DNA of 64,000 nt. Source: Candidatus Eiseniibacteriota bacterium (GTDB lineage Bacteria; Eisenbacteria; RBG-16-71-46; DASYSL01). The stretch is taken from the NCBI GenBank assembly GCA_046598045.1, contig JBKJJJ010000174.1:1-64000 (forward strand), given 5' to 3'. A program made the position numbers and the translations under genes. Below are positions 33,618-43,544 of the stretch, piece by piece (positions within the stretch are counted from its first letter, which is position 1; the number at the start of each line of letters is the position of its first letter). Below the pieces are notes generated by a model. That model was not told the origin of the DNA and made no database searches. It saw only the letters and a program-made list of their open reading frames with translations.

Positions 33618-34472
33618 TTGTCCATCGAATGCATTGCGGTCCTCGGCGCGGGCATCATGGGCCGTGGAATCGCCTACGCGGCAACAGTTTCTGGGTTCGA
33701 CACCCGGCTCTATGACGCCCTCCCGGCCGCCCTCGACAAGGGCGTGGCCGAGATCCGGGGCCTGATGGAGAAGGGCGTGGTCGCCGGGAAGCTTCCGGCC
33801 GCGGCCCGGGATCAGGCCCGCCTCCGGGCGGCGGCGGATCTCGGCCAGGCGGTCGCGGATGCCGACCTGGTGATCGAGGCGGCGCCCGAGAACATCGCGC
33901 TCAAGTGCGATCTCTTCGGGCAGCTCGATCATCTCACCCGGGGGGACGCGATCCTGGCGACCAACACCAGCTCGCTGTCGGTGACCGAGATGGCCGGCGC
34001 CACGAAGCGCCCGGGGCAGGTCGTCGGGATGCATTTCTTCAACCCGGTCCACCGCATGAAGCTGGTCGAGATCGTGCGCGCGCTCGAGACCACGCCCGAG
34101 ACCATCGAGGCGGCGAGCGTGGTCGCGATGCGCATGGGCAAGGAGCCGGTGGTGGTGCGCGAGGCGCCCGGATTCGTGACCACCCGCGTCAATGCGCTGA
34201 TCGGCAACGAGGCGTTCCGCATGCTCGAGGAGGGCGTGGCCAGCGCGCGCGATATCGACAAGGCGCTCAAGCTCGGCCTGAATCACCCGATGGGCCCGTT
34301 CGAGTTGGTGGACCTGGTCGGCCTCGACACGCGGCTTTCGATTCTCCAATTCCTGTTCCAGACGCTGGGCGAGCGCTACCGCCCGAACAACCTCATGGTG
34401 CAGTTCGTGCAGGCGGGGCGCCTCGGCCGCAAGACCGGCAAGGGCGTCTACGAGTACCCGGAAGGAGCCTGA
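33618..34472 (+). CDS. 3-hydroxyacyl-CoA dehydrogenase
   Basis: GAGIMGRGIA, IEAAPE, ATNTSSLS, GMHFFNP, PMGPFELVDLVGLD; TTG after GGAGG. Confidence 0.93.
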   Translation: MSIECIAVLGAGIMGRGIAYAATVSGFDTRLYDALPAALDKGVAEIRGLMEKGVVAGKLPAAARDQARLRAAADLGQAVADADLVIEAAPENIALKCDLFGQLDHLTRGDAILATNTSSLSVTEMAGATKRPGQVVGMHFFNPVHRMKLVEIVRALETTPETIEAASVVAMRMGKEPVVVREAPGFVTTRVNALIGNEAFRMLEEGVASARDIDKALKLGLNHPMGPFELVDLVGLDTRLSILQFLFQTLGERYRPNNLMVQFVQAGRLGRKTGKGVYEYPEGA

Positions 34473-34473
34473 C

Positions 34474-35958
34474 ATGTCGGCCGACGTGACCGCTGCCACA
34501 CCCACCGTCAAGCCCGGACGCCTCTGGATCGGCGGCGCCTACGTCGACGCGGAGGGCGGCAAGACGTTCGACGTGCTGAACCCCGCGACCGAAGAGGTGA
34601 TCACCACTTGCGCCTCGGCCTCGCCCAAGGACGTCGATCGCGCCGTCGAGGCCGCGCAGGCGGCGTTCCCGGCGTGGGCGAAGATGTCGCCGCTCGACCG
34701 CCAGCGCATCCTGTGGAATATCGGCGAGCGCATCCTCGCGCGCGTCGACGAGATCGCGACCGCCGAGACGCTGACCAACGGCAAGCCGATCTTCGAGTCG
34801 AAGTACATCGACGTGCCCGACGCCGCGAAGTGCTTCCAGTACTACGCCGGCTGGGCGACCAAGATCACGGGCCAGACGATTCCGCTGTCCACCGGGCCGT
34901 TCCTCAATTACACACGCCGCGAACCGCTCGGCGTGGTGGGCGCGATCGTGGCGTGGAACTTCCCCCTGCTGCTCGCGTCGTGGAAGGTCGCGCCCGCGCT
35001 CGCCGCAGGCAATACGGTCGTGCTCAAGCCCGCGGAGTTCACCCCGCTGTCGGCGCTGCTCCTCGCCGAGTGCGCGAAGGAGGCCGGCCTGCCCGATGGC
35101 GTGCTCAACGTCATCCCGGGCAAAGGCTCGATCGCTGGCCAGGCGCTGGTCGAGCACAAGGGCGTCGCGAAGATCGCGTTCACCGGCTCGACCGAGGTCG
35201 GCAAGGGCATCCTCAAGACCGCGGCCGAGGACGTGAAGAAGGTCACGATGGAACTGGGCGGCAAGAGTGCGAACCTCGTCTTCGCCGACGCCGACGTCGA
35301 GGCCGCCGTGCGCGGCGCCGCGAGCGGCATCTTCTACGGCAAGGGCGAGATCTGCGCGGCCGGCTCGCGCCTGCTGGTCGAGCGCCCGATTTACGACACC
35401 GTGGTCGCGAAACTCAAGGAGCGCGCGGAGAAGACGCCCGTGGGCGATCCGATGCACCCCAAGACGCGGCTCGGCGCACTCGTGCGCGAGATCCAGATGA
35501 ACCGCGTGCTCGATTACATCGGCAAGGGCAAGGCCGAAGGCGCGACGCTGGTCGCGGGCGGCGAGCGCCAGCCGATCAACGGCAAGGGTTACTTCGTCCA
35601 GGCGACGGTGTTTGCGGGCGTGACCAACGCGATGACGATCGCGCGCGAGGAAATCTTCGGCCCCGTGCTCGCGGTGATCCCGTTCGACAGCGAGGACGAG
35701 GCGGTCGCGATCGCGAACGACTCGGTCTACGGGCTCGCGGCCGGGCTGTGGACGCGCGACATCAAGCGCGGCCACCGCGTGGCGCACCGCCTCGAGGCCG
35801 GCACGGTGTGGGTCAACGCCTACAACCGCTACGACACGGCGACGCCGTTCGGCGGCTACAAGGAGAGCGGCTTCGGGCGCGACATGGGCCCCGAGGCGCT
35901 GGACGGGTACCTCCAGACCAAGAGCGTGTGGATCGATCTGTCCGAGGACAAGGCTTGA
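34474..35958 (+). CDS. NAD(P)-dependent aldehyde dehydrogenase
   Basis: WNFP, FTGSTEVG, MELGGKS, GEICAAGSR, EEIFGPV. Confidence 0.95.
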   Translation: MSADVTAATPTVKPGRLWIGGAYVDAEGGKTFDVLNPATEEVITTCASASPKDVDRAVEAAQAAFPAWAKMSPLDRQRILWNIGERILARVDEIATAETLTNGKPIFESKYIDVPDAAKCFQYYAGWATKITGQTIPLSTGPFLNYTRREPLGVVGAIVAWNFPLLLASWKVAPALAAGNTVVLKPAEFTPLSALLLAECAKEAGLPDGVLNVIPGKGSIAGQALVEHKGVAKIAFTGSTEVGKGILKTAAEDVKKVTMELGGKSANLVFADADVEAAVRGAASGIFYGKGEICAAGSRLLVERPIYDTVVAKLKERAEKTPVGDPMHPKTRLGALVREIQMNRVLDYIGKGKAEGATLVAGGERQPINGKGYFVQATVFAGVTNAMTIAREEIFGPVLAVIPFDSEDEAVAIANDSVYGLAAGLWTRDIKRGHRVAHRLEAGTVWVNAYNRYDTATPFGGYKESGFGRDMGPEALDGYLQTKSVWIDLSEDKA

Positions 35959-35960
35959 GC

Positions 35961-37172
35961 GTGGCGGGCGGGCTGAACGGGCACGGACGAAACGTCGTCG
36001 TCGCGGGCGCGGTGCGCAGCGCGATCGGCAGGTTCGGCGGCGCGCTCGCCGGCGTGCACGTGGCGGACCTGGGCGCGGTGGTCGCGCGCGAGGCGCTCCT
36101 TCGTGCGGGACTCGATTCCGGCCGGGTCGACGAGACGATCGTCGGCCACGCGCGTCAGGCTGGCAACGGGCCGAACGTCGGTCGCCAGGTCGCGCACTTC
36201 GCGGGCGTGCCCGATACGCGCCCGGCGTACACGATCAACAAGGCGTGCGCATCGGGTCTGCAGGCGATCGTCTCGGGCGCGCAGGCGGTGGCGCTCGGCG
36301 ACTCGGACGTCGTGCTGGCGGCGGGGGTCGAGAACATGTCGGCAATCCCGTTCCTCCTGCCCGACCAGCGCTGGGGGAAGAAGCTCGGCGACATGACCGT
36401 GGCGGACGCGATGTATCGCGACGGCTACCTGTGCCGGCTGTGCAACCAGGTGATGGGCGAGACCGCCGAGACGCTGGTCACGCGCTACGGCATCGCGCGC
36501 GCGGAGCAGGACGAGTTCGCGCTCCTGTCGCACCGGCGCGCGACCGCCGCGTGGGCGGACGGGCGCATGGCGGCCGAGATCGTGGCCGTGCCGGTGAAGG
36601 GCCCGCGCGGGCAGGAGTCGCTGTTCGAGCGCGACGAAGCGCCGCGCGCGGACACGACGCTCGAGGCGCTGAGCAAGCTGCCGCCCGTGTTCAAGCAGGA
36701 CGGCTCGGTGGGTGCCGGAAATTCGTCGGCGATCACCGACGGCGCGGCCGCGATCGTCGTGCTGGCGGAGGAGCGCGCCGCCGAACTCGGCGTCACGCCG
36801 ATGGCCCGCATCGTTGCCTGGGCGTCGGCCGGCGTGGACGCGGCGGAGATGGGGCTGGGCCCGGTGCCCGCGATCCGGAAGCTGTTCGCGGCGACCGGCC
36901 TTACCATGAAGGACTTGGACCTGGTCGAGCTCAACGAGGCGTTCGCGTCGCAGGTGCTGGCGTGCGACAAAGAGCTCGGGTTCGATCGCGATCGGCTGAA
37001 CGTGAACGGCGGCGGGATCGCGCTCGGGCATCCGACCGGATGCAGCGGGACGCGCATCGTGGTGACGCTGCTGCACGAGCTTGCGCGCCGCAAGGGGCGC
37101 TACGGACTGGCCACGCTCTGCGTGAGCGGCGGACAGGGCATGGCCGTGTTGTTCGAACGGCTGGAACACTAA
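35961..37172 (+). CDS. Acetyl-CoA C-acyltransferase (thiolase)
   Basis: INKACASG, NEAFA, GGGIALGHPTGCSG, LCVSGGQG; start 35955 or 35961. Confidence 0.95.
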   Translation: MAGGLNGHGRNVVVAGAVRSAIGRFGGALAGVHVADLGAVVAREALLRAGLDSGRVDETIVGHARQAGNGPNVGRQVAHFAGVPDTRPAYTINKACASGLQAIVSGAQAVALGDSDVVLAAGVENMSAIPFLLPDQRWGKKLGDMTVADAMYRDGYLCRLCNQVMGETAETLVTRYGIARAEQDEFALLSHRRATAAWADGRMAAEIVAVPVKGPRGQESLFERDEAPRADTTLEALSKLPPVFKQDGSVGAGNSSAITDGAAAIVVLAEERAAELGVTPMARIVAWASAGVDAAEMGLGPVPAIRKLFAATGLTMKDLDLVELNEAFASQVLACDKELGFDRDRLNVNGGGIALGHPTGCSGTRIVVTLLHELARRKGRYGLATLCVSGGQGMAVLFERLEH

Positions 37173-37189
37173 CGAGAGGGAGACGCACG

Positions 37190-38002
37190 ATGTCGACGAC
37201 GGCCAATGCCGCGAAGTTGGTGGAGTATCGCAAGGAGGGCGGCATTGCCGTCCTCACGCTCAACGATCCGCCGGCGAACACCTACACGCACGAGATGATG
37301 AAGGACCTCGACGAGTGCATCGTCAAGGCGCGCTTCGACGCCGAGGTGCACGTCATCGTGATCACCGGCGCGGGCGAGAAGTTCTTCTGCGCGGGCGCGA
37401 ACATCAACATGCTGCAGACCGTCGACCCGTACTTCAAGTACTACTTCTGCCTGCACGCGAACGAAACGCTGATCCGCCTCGAGCAGACTCCCAAGCTCGT
37501 GATCGCGGCGATCAACGGCCACTGCGTCGGCGGCGGCCTCGAGATCGCGATGGCGGCCGACCTCCGCATCGCGCACCGGGGCAAGGGCAAGACCGGCTTG
37601 CCCGAGGTCGCGCTCGGAGTGCTCCCGGGAACGGGCGGCACGCAGCGGCTTGCGCGCCTCGTCGGCAAGGCGAAGGCGATCGAGCTCATGGTCACGGGCG
37701 ACACGTTCGACTTCGACAAGGGCGCCGAGCTCGGCATCATCACGACCGTGCTCGACGCCGCGGATACGGCCGCGTTCCAGGCCGCCGTGATGGAGTACGC
37801 GCAGCAGTTCTGCCCGCCGAACAAGGCGAGCAAGGCGGTGGGCAACATCAAGCGCAGCGTGCAGTCGGGCGCCGAAGTCCCGTTCTCCGAGTCGCTGGCG
37901 ATCGAGCGCGAGCTGCAGCAGCTCCTGTTCCAGAGCGAGGACGCGAAGGAAGGCCTCACGGCGTACGTCGAGAAGCGGAAGGCGAACTTCAAGGCGAAGT
38001 AG
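37190..38002 (+). CDS. Enoyl-CoA hydratase/isomerase (crotonase) family
   Basis: FCAGANI, GGGLEIA, LPEVALGVLPGTGGTQRL. Confidence 0.93.
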   Translation: MSTTANAAKLVEYRKEGGIAVLTLNDPPANTYTHEMMKDLDECIVKARFDAEVHVIVITGAGEKFFCAGANINMLQTVDPYFKYYFCLHANETLIRLEQTPKLVIAAINGHCVGGGLEIAMAADLRIAHRGKGKTGLPEVALGVLPGTGGTQRLARLVGKAKAIELMVTGDTFDFDKGAELGIITTVLDAADTAAFQAAVMEYAQQFCPPNKASKAVGNIKRSVQSGAEVPFSESLAIERELQQLLFQSEDAKEGLTAYVEKRKANFKAK

Positions 38003-38027
38003 TCGCCTTGCAGGACGGGTGGTGCAC

Positions 38028-38064
38028 GCGGCGGGCTCCGCATCGGGCCCGCCGCTTCGTATTT
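38028..38064 (+). terminator. Putative intrinsic terminator after the crotonase
   Basis: GCGGCGGGC-N10-GCCCGCCGC stem followed by TTCGTATTT. Confidence 0.65.
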
Positions 38065-38157
38065 GCGCCGGTTGCGCCCGGGCGCGCATCATGCGGGAAG
38101 CCCGGCAGTTCCGATCGGGCCCACGCCACGCCCGTCGATTGCACCGGAGGAACGAAT

Positions 38158-38226
38158 ATGTCCCCCCCTGGAATCCTGCTTCAGACCGGATTCGGCGACC
38201 CCGTCGCCGTGTTGCGCAGGCGATGA
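38158..38226 (+). CDS. Putative 22-aa leader/small peptide
   Basis: GGAGG-N7-[25 protein letters not shown], stop overlaps the VOC start. Confidence 0.35.
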   Translation: MSPPGILLQTGFGDPVAVLRRR

Positions 38227-38615
38227 TGCGGATCGCCTCGCTCGCCCTCGTGGTGCGGGACTACGACGAGGCAATCGCCTACTACACGCAGGTCCTCGGC
38301 TTCGAGTTGCTCGAGGACGCCCCCGGGGGCGCCGGCAAACGCTGGGTGCGCGTCGCCCCGCCCGGCGGCGAAGGCCCGACGCTCCTCCTGGCGCGCGCGG
38401 TCACGCCCGAGCAGGAGCGTGCGATCGGCTGCCAGACCGGCGGGCGCGTGTTCCTGTTTCTCGAGACCGATGACTTCGCGCATGACTACGCGGCATTCCT
38501 CGCGCGCGGTGTGCGCTTCGTCGAGTCCCCACGCACGGAGGACTACGGCATGGTGTGCGTGTTCGAGGACCTCTACGGCAATCGCTGGGACCTGATCGAG
38601 CGCCTCCGTGGCTGA
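38223..38615 (+). CDS. VOC/glyoxalase family protein
   Basis: [40 protein letters not shown]. Confidence 0.9.
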   Translation: MMRIASLALVVRDYDEAIAYYTQVLGFELLEDAPGGAGKRWVRVAPPGGEGPTLLLARAVTPEQERAIGCQTGGRVFLFLETDDFAHDYAAFLARGVRFVESPRTEDYGMVCVFEDLYGNRWDLIERLRG

Positions 38616-40509
38616 GCGCTCCACGTCGCGGGAGCAATCCCGCTCCGCCATCGCGGTGCTCTCGCTGGTCGCCATCGCCGTTCACCTCGCGCTGCGCTAC
38701 TTGTTCCCCGCCGCGGGGAGCTGGCGGGTGGGCGGGACCTTCGTCTACGACTGGCCCCTGGGGCTTGCGCTGCTCGGCGGCGGCGTGGTCCTGATTCTCG
38801 ACCTCGTGAAGAAGCTCGCGCGCGGTGAGTTCACCGCCGACGTCCTCGCCGGCATTTCGATCGTCACGGCGGTGTTCCTCGGCGAATACCTCGCGGGCGT
38901 GGTGGTCGTGCTCATGCTCTCGGGCGGACAGGCGCTCGAGTCGCGCGCCGTGCGCAGCGCGTCGGGCGTGCTGCAGGCGCTGGCACGCCGCTCGCCGTCG
39001 CGCGCGCACCGGAAGCGCGGGGAGACGCTGACCGACATCGCGCTCGAGGAGGTGGCGATCGACGACCGGCTCGAGATCTTTCCGCACGAGACCTGCCCGG
39101 TGGACGGGGTCGTGGTCGACGGCCACGGGACGATGGACGAGAGCTACCTCACCGGCGAGCCCTACGTCCTGTCGAAGGCGCCAGGTTCGATCGTGCTGTC
39201 GGGCGCGATCAACGGCGCGAGCACGCTCACGATCCGCGCCGAGAAGCTCGCGGTCGATTCGCGCTACGCGAAGATCATGCAGGTCATGCGCGACTCGGAG
39301 GAGAAGCGGCCGCAGCTCCGGCGCCTCGGCGACAAGCTCGGGTCGATCTACACGCCGATCGCGCTCGCGATCGCGGCCGGCGCGTGGATCGCAACCGGCG
39401 ACGTGGTGCGCTTCCTGAGCGTGCTCGTGATCGCCACGCCGTGCCCGCTCCTGATCGGGATCCCGGTCGCGGTCATCGGGTCGATCTCGCTGGCCGCGCG
39501 GCGCGGCATCATCCTCAAGGACCCCGCGGTGCTCGAGAACATCGACCGCTGCCGGATCGCGATGTTCGACAAGACCGGCACGCTGACCTACGGGCAGCCG
39601 CGCCTGACCGACGTCGTCGCGTCACCGGGGTTCACGTCCGAGGAGGCGCTCGCCGTGGCCGCAAGCCTCGAGCGCTATTCGCGCCACCCGCTCGCGCTCG
39701 CTGTCGTGGACGCCGGCCGCGCGGCCGGCCGCGCGATGCACGAGGCCACCGAGGTCAGCGAGCGCCCGGGCGAGGGCCTCAAGGGGGTCGTCGATGGTCG
39801 CGCGATCCAGATCACGGGCCGGACGAAGGCAATCGGCGCACACCCCGGCCTCGAACGCGAGCTGCCGACGTTCGAGGGCGGCATGGAGGCGGTGGTCCTG
39901 GTCGACGGGCGGCTCGCCGCGCTCGTGCGTTTCCGGGACGAGCCGCGCGCGGACGGTTCACCGTTCATCCGCCACCTCACGGGTCGACATGGCTTCGAGC
40001 GCGTGCTGCTGGTCTCCGGCGACCGCGCGTCCGAGGTCGAGTACCTGGCAAAGCGCGTCGGCATCAGCGAGGTGCACTCGAGCCAGAGCCCGGAGCAGAA
40101 ACTCGCGCTCGTGCGCGAACTCACGAAGCTCGCGCCCACGGTGTTCCTCGGCGACGGGATCAACGACGCGCCCGCGCTCACGGCGGCGACCGTGGGCATT
40201 GCGTTCGGGCAGGGCAGCGACATCACGAGTGAGGCTGCGGGCGCCGTGATCCTCGACAGCTCGCTCCAGCGCGTCGACGAATTGCTGCACATCGGCCGCC
40301 GCATGCGCGCGATCGCGCTCCAGAGCGCGGTCGGCGGCATGGTGCTGAGCGTCGTAGGCATGGGGCTCGCCGCCGCCGGCTACCTGCCGCCGGTCGCAGG
40401 CGCGATTGCCCAGGAGGCGATCGACCTGCTCGCGATCTTGAACGCGCTGCGGGTCGCGCTCCCCCCCAAGGAACTGTCCGACTACCGCGTCGACGGCGCG
40501 GCCACCTGA
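38608..40509 (+). CDS. Heavy-metal P1B-type ATPase, P1B-5 subgroup motifs
   Basis: TGE, TPCP, DKTGT, HP, GDGIND, Q-x4-G-x3-S-x3-[12 protein letters not shown]. Confidence 0.92.
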   Translation: MAERSTSREQSRSAIAVLSLVAIAVHLALRYLFPAAGSWRVGGTFVYDWPLGLALLGGGVVLILDLVKKLARGEFTADVLAGISIVTAVFLGEYLAGVVVVLMLSGGQALESRAVRSASGVLQALARRSPSRAHRKRGETLTDIALEEVAIDDRLEIFPHETCPVDGVVVDGHGTMDESYLTGEPYVLSKAPGSIVLSGAINGASTLTIRAEKLAVDSRYAKIMQVMRDSEEKRPQLRRLGDKLGSIYTPIALAIAAGAWIATGDVVRFLSVLVIATPCPLLIGIPVAVIGSISLAARRGIILKDPAVLENIDRCRIAMFDKTGTLTYGQPRLTDVVASPGFTSEEALAVAASLERYSRHPLALAVVDAGRAAGRAMHEATEVSERPGEGLKGVVDGRAIQITGRTKAIGAHPGLERELPTFEGGMEAVVLVDGRLAALVRFRDEPRADGSPFIRHLTGRHGFERVLLVSGDRASEVEYLAKRVGISEVHSSQSPEQKLALVRELTKLAPTVFLGDGINDAPALTAATVGIAFGQGSDITSEAAGAVILDSSLQRVDELLHIGRRMRAIALQSAVGGMVLSVVGMGLAAAGYLPPVAGAIAQEAIDLLAILNALRVALPPKELSDYRVDGAAT

Positions 40510-40630
40510 TCGGCCCTACTCCGCACCGGCTCGCCCCACTTGACGCACCCTTGCCGTGACCGCCGCGCGCGCCTGCCGCATGATGCTCAACGCGGCGCGA
40601 TCCGGCGCAGCTCCAAAGACGGAGGAGAAC

Positions 40631-41134
40631 ATGGCTGGAACACGAGTGTGGGGCGTGGGGTTGAGCGCACTCGCGGGAGCGCTGGCGCTGGTCGCGCTCG
40701 GACGCGGCACGACCCACGGCGCCGAGGGCCCGGGCACCCCGGTGGACAGCGCGGCGCTGATCGAGGTCGACAATCATCGCATCGCCGCTGAGTTGCGCAC
40801 GAAGATCGCCGGGCACGAGAACGCTCCGGCGGATTCCGTGTTCGAGAATATCAAGCTGTTCAAGGGCGTCCCTGCGGGGCGCGTGCTCTCGATCATGGAG
40901 ATGGGTTTCGCCCGCTCGCTCGGCGTGCGCTGCGAGCACTGCCACGTCGCCGGCAAATGGGCGTCCGAGGACAAGAAGCAGAAGCAGATCGCGCGCGACA
41001 TGTCGGCGATGTCCCGCGCGATCAACGACACGCTGCTGACGCGTATCCCGAACCTCGAGGGCCCGCACCCGACGGTCAACTGCACGACCTGCCACCGCGG
41101 CCAGGTGAAGCCGGCGCTCAACCTGCCGCATTGA
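40631..41134 (+). CDS. Periplasmic diheme c-type cytochrome (reaction-centre cytochrome c-like family)
   Basis: Signal peptide, SLGVRCEHCH and VNCTTCHRG CxxCH motifs; ATG after GGAGGAG. Confidence 0.85.
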   Translation: MAGTRVWGVGLSALAGALALVALGRGTTHGAEGPGTPVDSAALIEVDNHRIAAELRTKIAGHENAPADSVFENIKLFKGVPAGRVLSIMEMGFARSLGVRCEHCHVAGKWASEDKKQKQIARDMSAMSRAINDTLLTRIPNLEGPHPTVNCTTCHRGQVKPALNLPH

Positions 41135-41197
41135 AACGCCGCGCCCTTGGGCGCATGATCGGCGGGTTCTTGGAGTTCTGCGTCCGTGGAGGCCGGC

Positions 41198-41629
41198 ATG
41201 CGCGACATCGTGAAGCGTTACACCAAAGGCGACGTCACGGTGGTCTGGCAGCCCGGGCTCTGCATCCACTCGCGGGTCTGCTTCCACGGGTTGCCGACGG
41301 TGTTCGATCCCCGCAAGCGCCCGTGGGTCGACATGGAGGGTGCCGAGGGGGCCGCGATCGCGGAGCAGGTCCGGCGCTGCCCGTCGGGCGCGCTGTCGCT
41401 CGCGGCGTCGGAGGCAAGTTTCTCGCCCGAAGCCGCAAAGGCCCCGGCCCCCGTCAGCATCGAACCCCAGCCCAATGGCCCGTTGCTCGTGCGCGGCGAC
41501 GTCGAGGTGCGCCTCGCCGACGGCAACGTCGAACGCCGGCAGGGCTCGTGCACGCTGTGCCGCTGCGGGCAGTCCTCGAACAAGCCGTTCTGCGACGGCA
41601 CCCACGCAAGGGTTGGATTTCAGGGCTGA
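41198..41629 (+). CDS. Divergent 4Fe-4S domain plus CDGSH 2Fe-2S protein
   Basis: CIHSRVC..VFDP..RPW..CPSGAL; LCRCGQSSNKPFCDGTH. Confidence 0.9.
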   Translation: MRDIVKRYTKGDVTVVWQPGLCIHSRVCFHGLPTVFDPRKRPWVDMEGAEGAAIAEQVRRCPSGALSLAASEASFSPEAAKAPAPVSIEPQPNGPLLVRGDVEVRLADGNVERRQGSCTLCRCGQSSNKPFCDGTHARVGFQG

Positions 41630-41644
41630 ACGGGCTGGGCGCTG

Positions 41645-42130
41645 TCAGCGCACGAACCTGACTACGGATCCGCTGCTGCCGCCGAACGCCTCCGCCACCG
41701 CGCGCTGCCGATACTCGAAAATCCTCCGCAGCTGCACGCGCACGATCGGGTGCGCCAGCTCGCCCAGCGGTGCGAGCGGCAATCGATAACGCACCTCGTC
41801 CTCGACGCGCGTGCCGCCGTCTTGGGTATCGGTCAGTCGGTGCACGTGGATCCAGAGGGCGTAGGGCCCGGATTCCTGCTCGTCGACGAACGCGTGGGGC
41901 GGGTCCCAGCTCGCGATGCGTGTCCGCCAGCGCATCGGGACCCCATGGAGTGCGAGCCGGTACTCGATGCGCGCGCCCTCGCCCATGGCGATCGGCAGCG
42001 GCGACAGGATCCGGAACGCGAGTTCGGGCGGGGTGATTCGCTCGAGGTTCTCGGCCCGGGCGAAGAATGCAAAGACCTCGGGGCGGGGCCGGGCGAGAGT
42101 GATCCCCGTCGTGAGGACGTGCTCGCTCAC
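41645..42130 (-). CDS. SRPBCC family protein
   Basis: VFAFF..AENLERITPP, FVDEQESGPYALW.H.H, IFEYR. Confidence 0.88.
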   Translation of the reverse strand: MSEHVLTTGITLARPRPEVFAFFARAENLERITPPELAFRILSPLPIAMGEGARIEYRLALHGVPMRWRTRIASWDPPHAFVDEQESGPYALWIHVHRLTDTQDGGTRVEDEVRYRLPLAPLGELAHPIVRVQLRRIFEYRQRAVAEAFGGSSGSVVRFVR

Positions 42131-42311
42131 CCGCGGCCTGGAATGGGAAACCGATGGGGCATGCGGAGTTCTCCCGGGCGATGTGGTTCATGCCGATCGT
42201 CACGAGGGAGGCCCGGACCTTAGGGGGTTCGGCCCGGTGCGACAAGGGGTTGTTCCCGGCGCGGAAGGGGCGTAGGCTCTTTGCACGCCGGGCACGAGCA
42301 GGAGCTTTCGC

Positions 42312-43064
42312 ATGGCGCATCCGTTTCTCCCACTGATCCCCCTGTACTTCGCCGCCTCCACCATCGTGGGCGGTCCGGTCGGCGTGCCGCCGGCAGACAC
42401 CCCGACCGCGCTGCACGCCTGCGCCATCGCCGCCATCACGAACGACGACGCCTCCGCTGCGACCGCGTGCGATCGCCTGCGCGCGAACGGCCCTGCAGGG
42501 CTCGACGCGCTGCTCAACGAACACAAGGACGTGCTTGCCCGGGGCGCGAGCGACCCGCGCTGGCCGCGGGTCACGGCCGCGATCGACCGCGTGGCGGCGC
42601 AGAAGGACGCGTTCTCCTCGCGGCTCTTCTGGTACACGGATCTCTAGGAGGCCAAGGCCGCGGCCCGCGCCACTGGCCGGCCGATCCTCTCGCTCCACAT
42701 GCCCGGGCGGCTTGATCGCAGTCCGCGCACTTCGCTCTACGCCGATCCGAAGGTCTCGGCGCTCCTGCGCGAGCGCTTCGTCCTCCACTGGGAGAGCGAG
42801 GCGAAAGCCCCGAGCGTCGTGCACTACGTGCTCGATGCCGACGGCCGCCCGGTCGATGCGATCCCCGCCGCGGCCGCCGCGAGCGAGTTCCGCGCGGAGC
42901 TGACGGAGGACGCCGACCTCGAGCGCGCGGTGCGCGGGCTTTCCCCGGCCGACCGCGCGGCGCGGCTGCTGCACCACCAGCAGCTGAGGCGCCGCGTGCT
43001 GAACGAGGAGTGGCCCGCGTTCATGGTGGATGCGCGGCCCGCACGCATGGAGGCAAGGGCGTAA
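42312..43064 (+). pseudogene. Secreted thioredoxin-like-fold hypothetical interrupted by in-frame TAG (42645-42647)
   Basis: Frame continues across the stop: RLFWYTDL*EAKAAARATGRPILSL..LLRERFVLHW; both ORF pieces share one frame. Confidence 0.7.
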
Positions 43065-43187
43065 TCGATCCGGCATGCGGTGCTGTCCCCGGATGCGCTG
43101 ATCCTTGCGTCGGGGCCGGCGCCGGTTCATCCTCCGGGTGGAGGCCCCGTTTCCCGGACCGTGATCCACCCGCAAGGAGCGCGACCC

Positions 43188-43466
43188 ATGGCGACCAAGA
43201 AATCCACCGGCAAGAAGACCCGACGCACGACGATGCGTTCCAGCACCGGCACGAAGCTGTACGCCGTGCGCGACGCCTCCGGTAAGTTCAAGGACATCCA
43301 GACCTACAAGCGCGCCCAGGGCGCCGACATCAAGCGCAGCTCGGCCGCGGAATCCGGCGGGAGCAAGAAGCTCGCGAAAAAGAAGGCTGCGAAAAAAGCG
43401 GCTGGGAGAAAAAAAGTCGCCGCGAAGAGGAAGGCGACGAAGAAGCGCGCGGCAAAGCGCAAGTAG
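43188..43466 (+). CDS. Small basic protein with histone H1-like Lys/Ala tail
   Basis: ATG after AAGGAG; KLYAVRDASGKFKDIQTYKR core; KKLAKKKAAKKAAGRKKVAAKRKATKKRAAKRK tail. Confidence 0.8.
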   Translation: MATKKSTGKKTRRTTMRSSTGTKLYAVRDASGKFKDIQTYKRAQGADIKRSSAAESGGSKKLAKKKAAKKAAGRKKVAAKRKATKKRAAKRK

Positions 43467-43485
43467 CCCGCGCCGCAGCATGCGA

Positions 43486-43516
43486 AAGGCCGCCGAGCCT
43501 CTGGCCCGGCGGCCTT
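43486..43516. terminator. Hairpin between convergent genes (possibly bidirectional terminator)
   Basis: AAGGCCGCCG...CGGCGGCCTT 10-bp stem followed by GTTCGTT. Confidence 0.7.
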
Positions 43517-43544
43517 GTTCGTTGTGGTTCCCCGAGCTTGCGTG

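Noticed and set aside
40631..41134. Photosynthetic reaction-centre gene (pufC)
   Set aside because: Only two CxxCH motifs and no puf/bch genes; such diheme proteins occur in non-phototrophs
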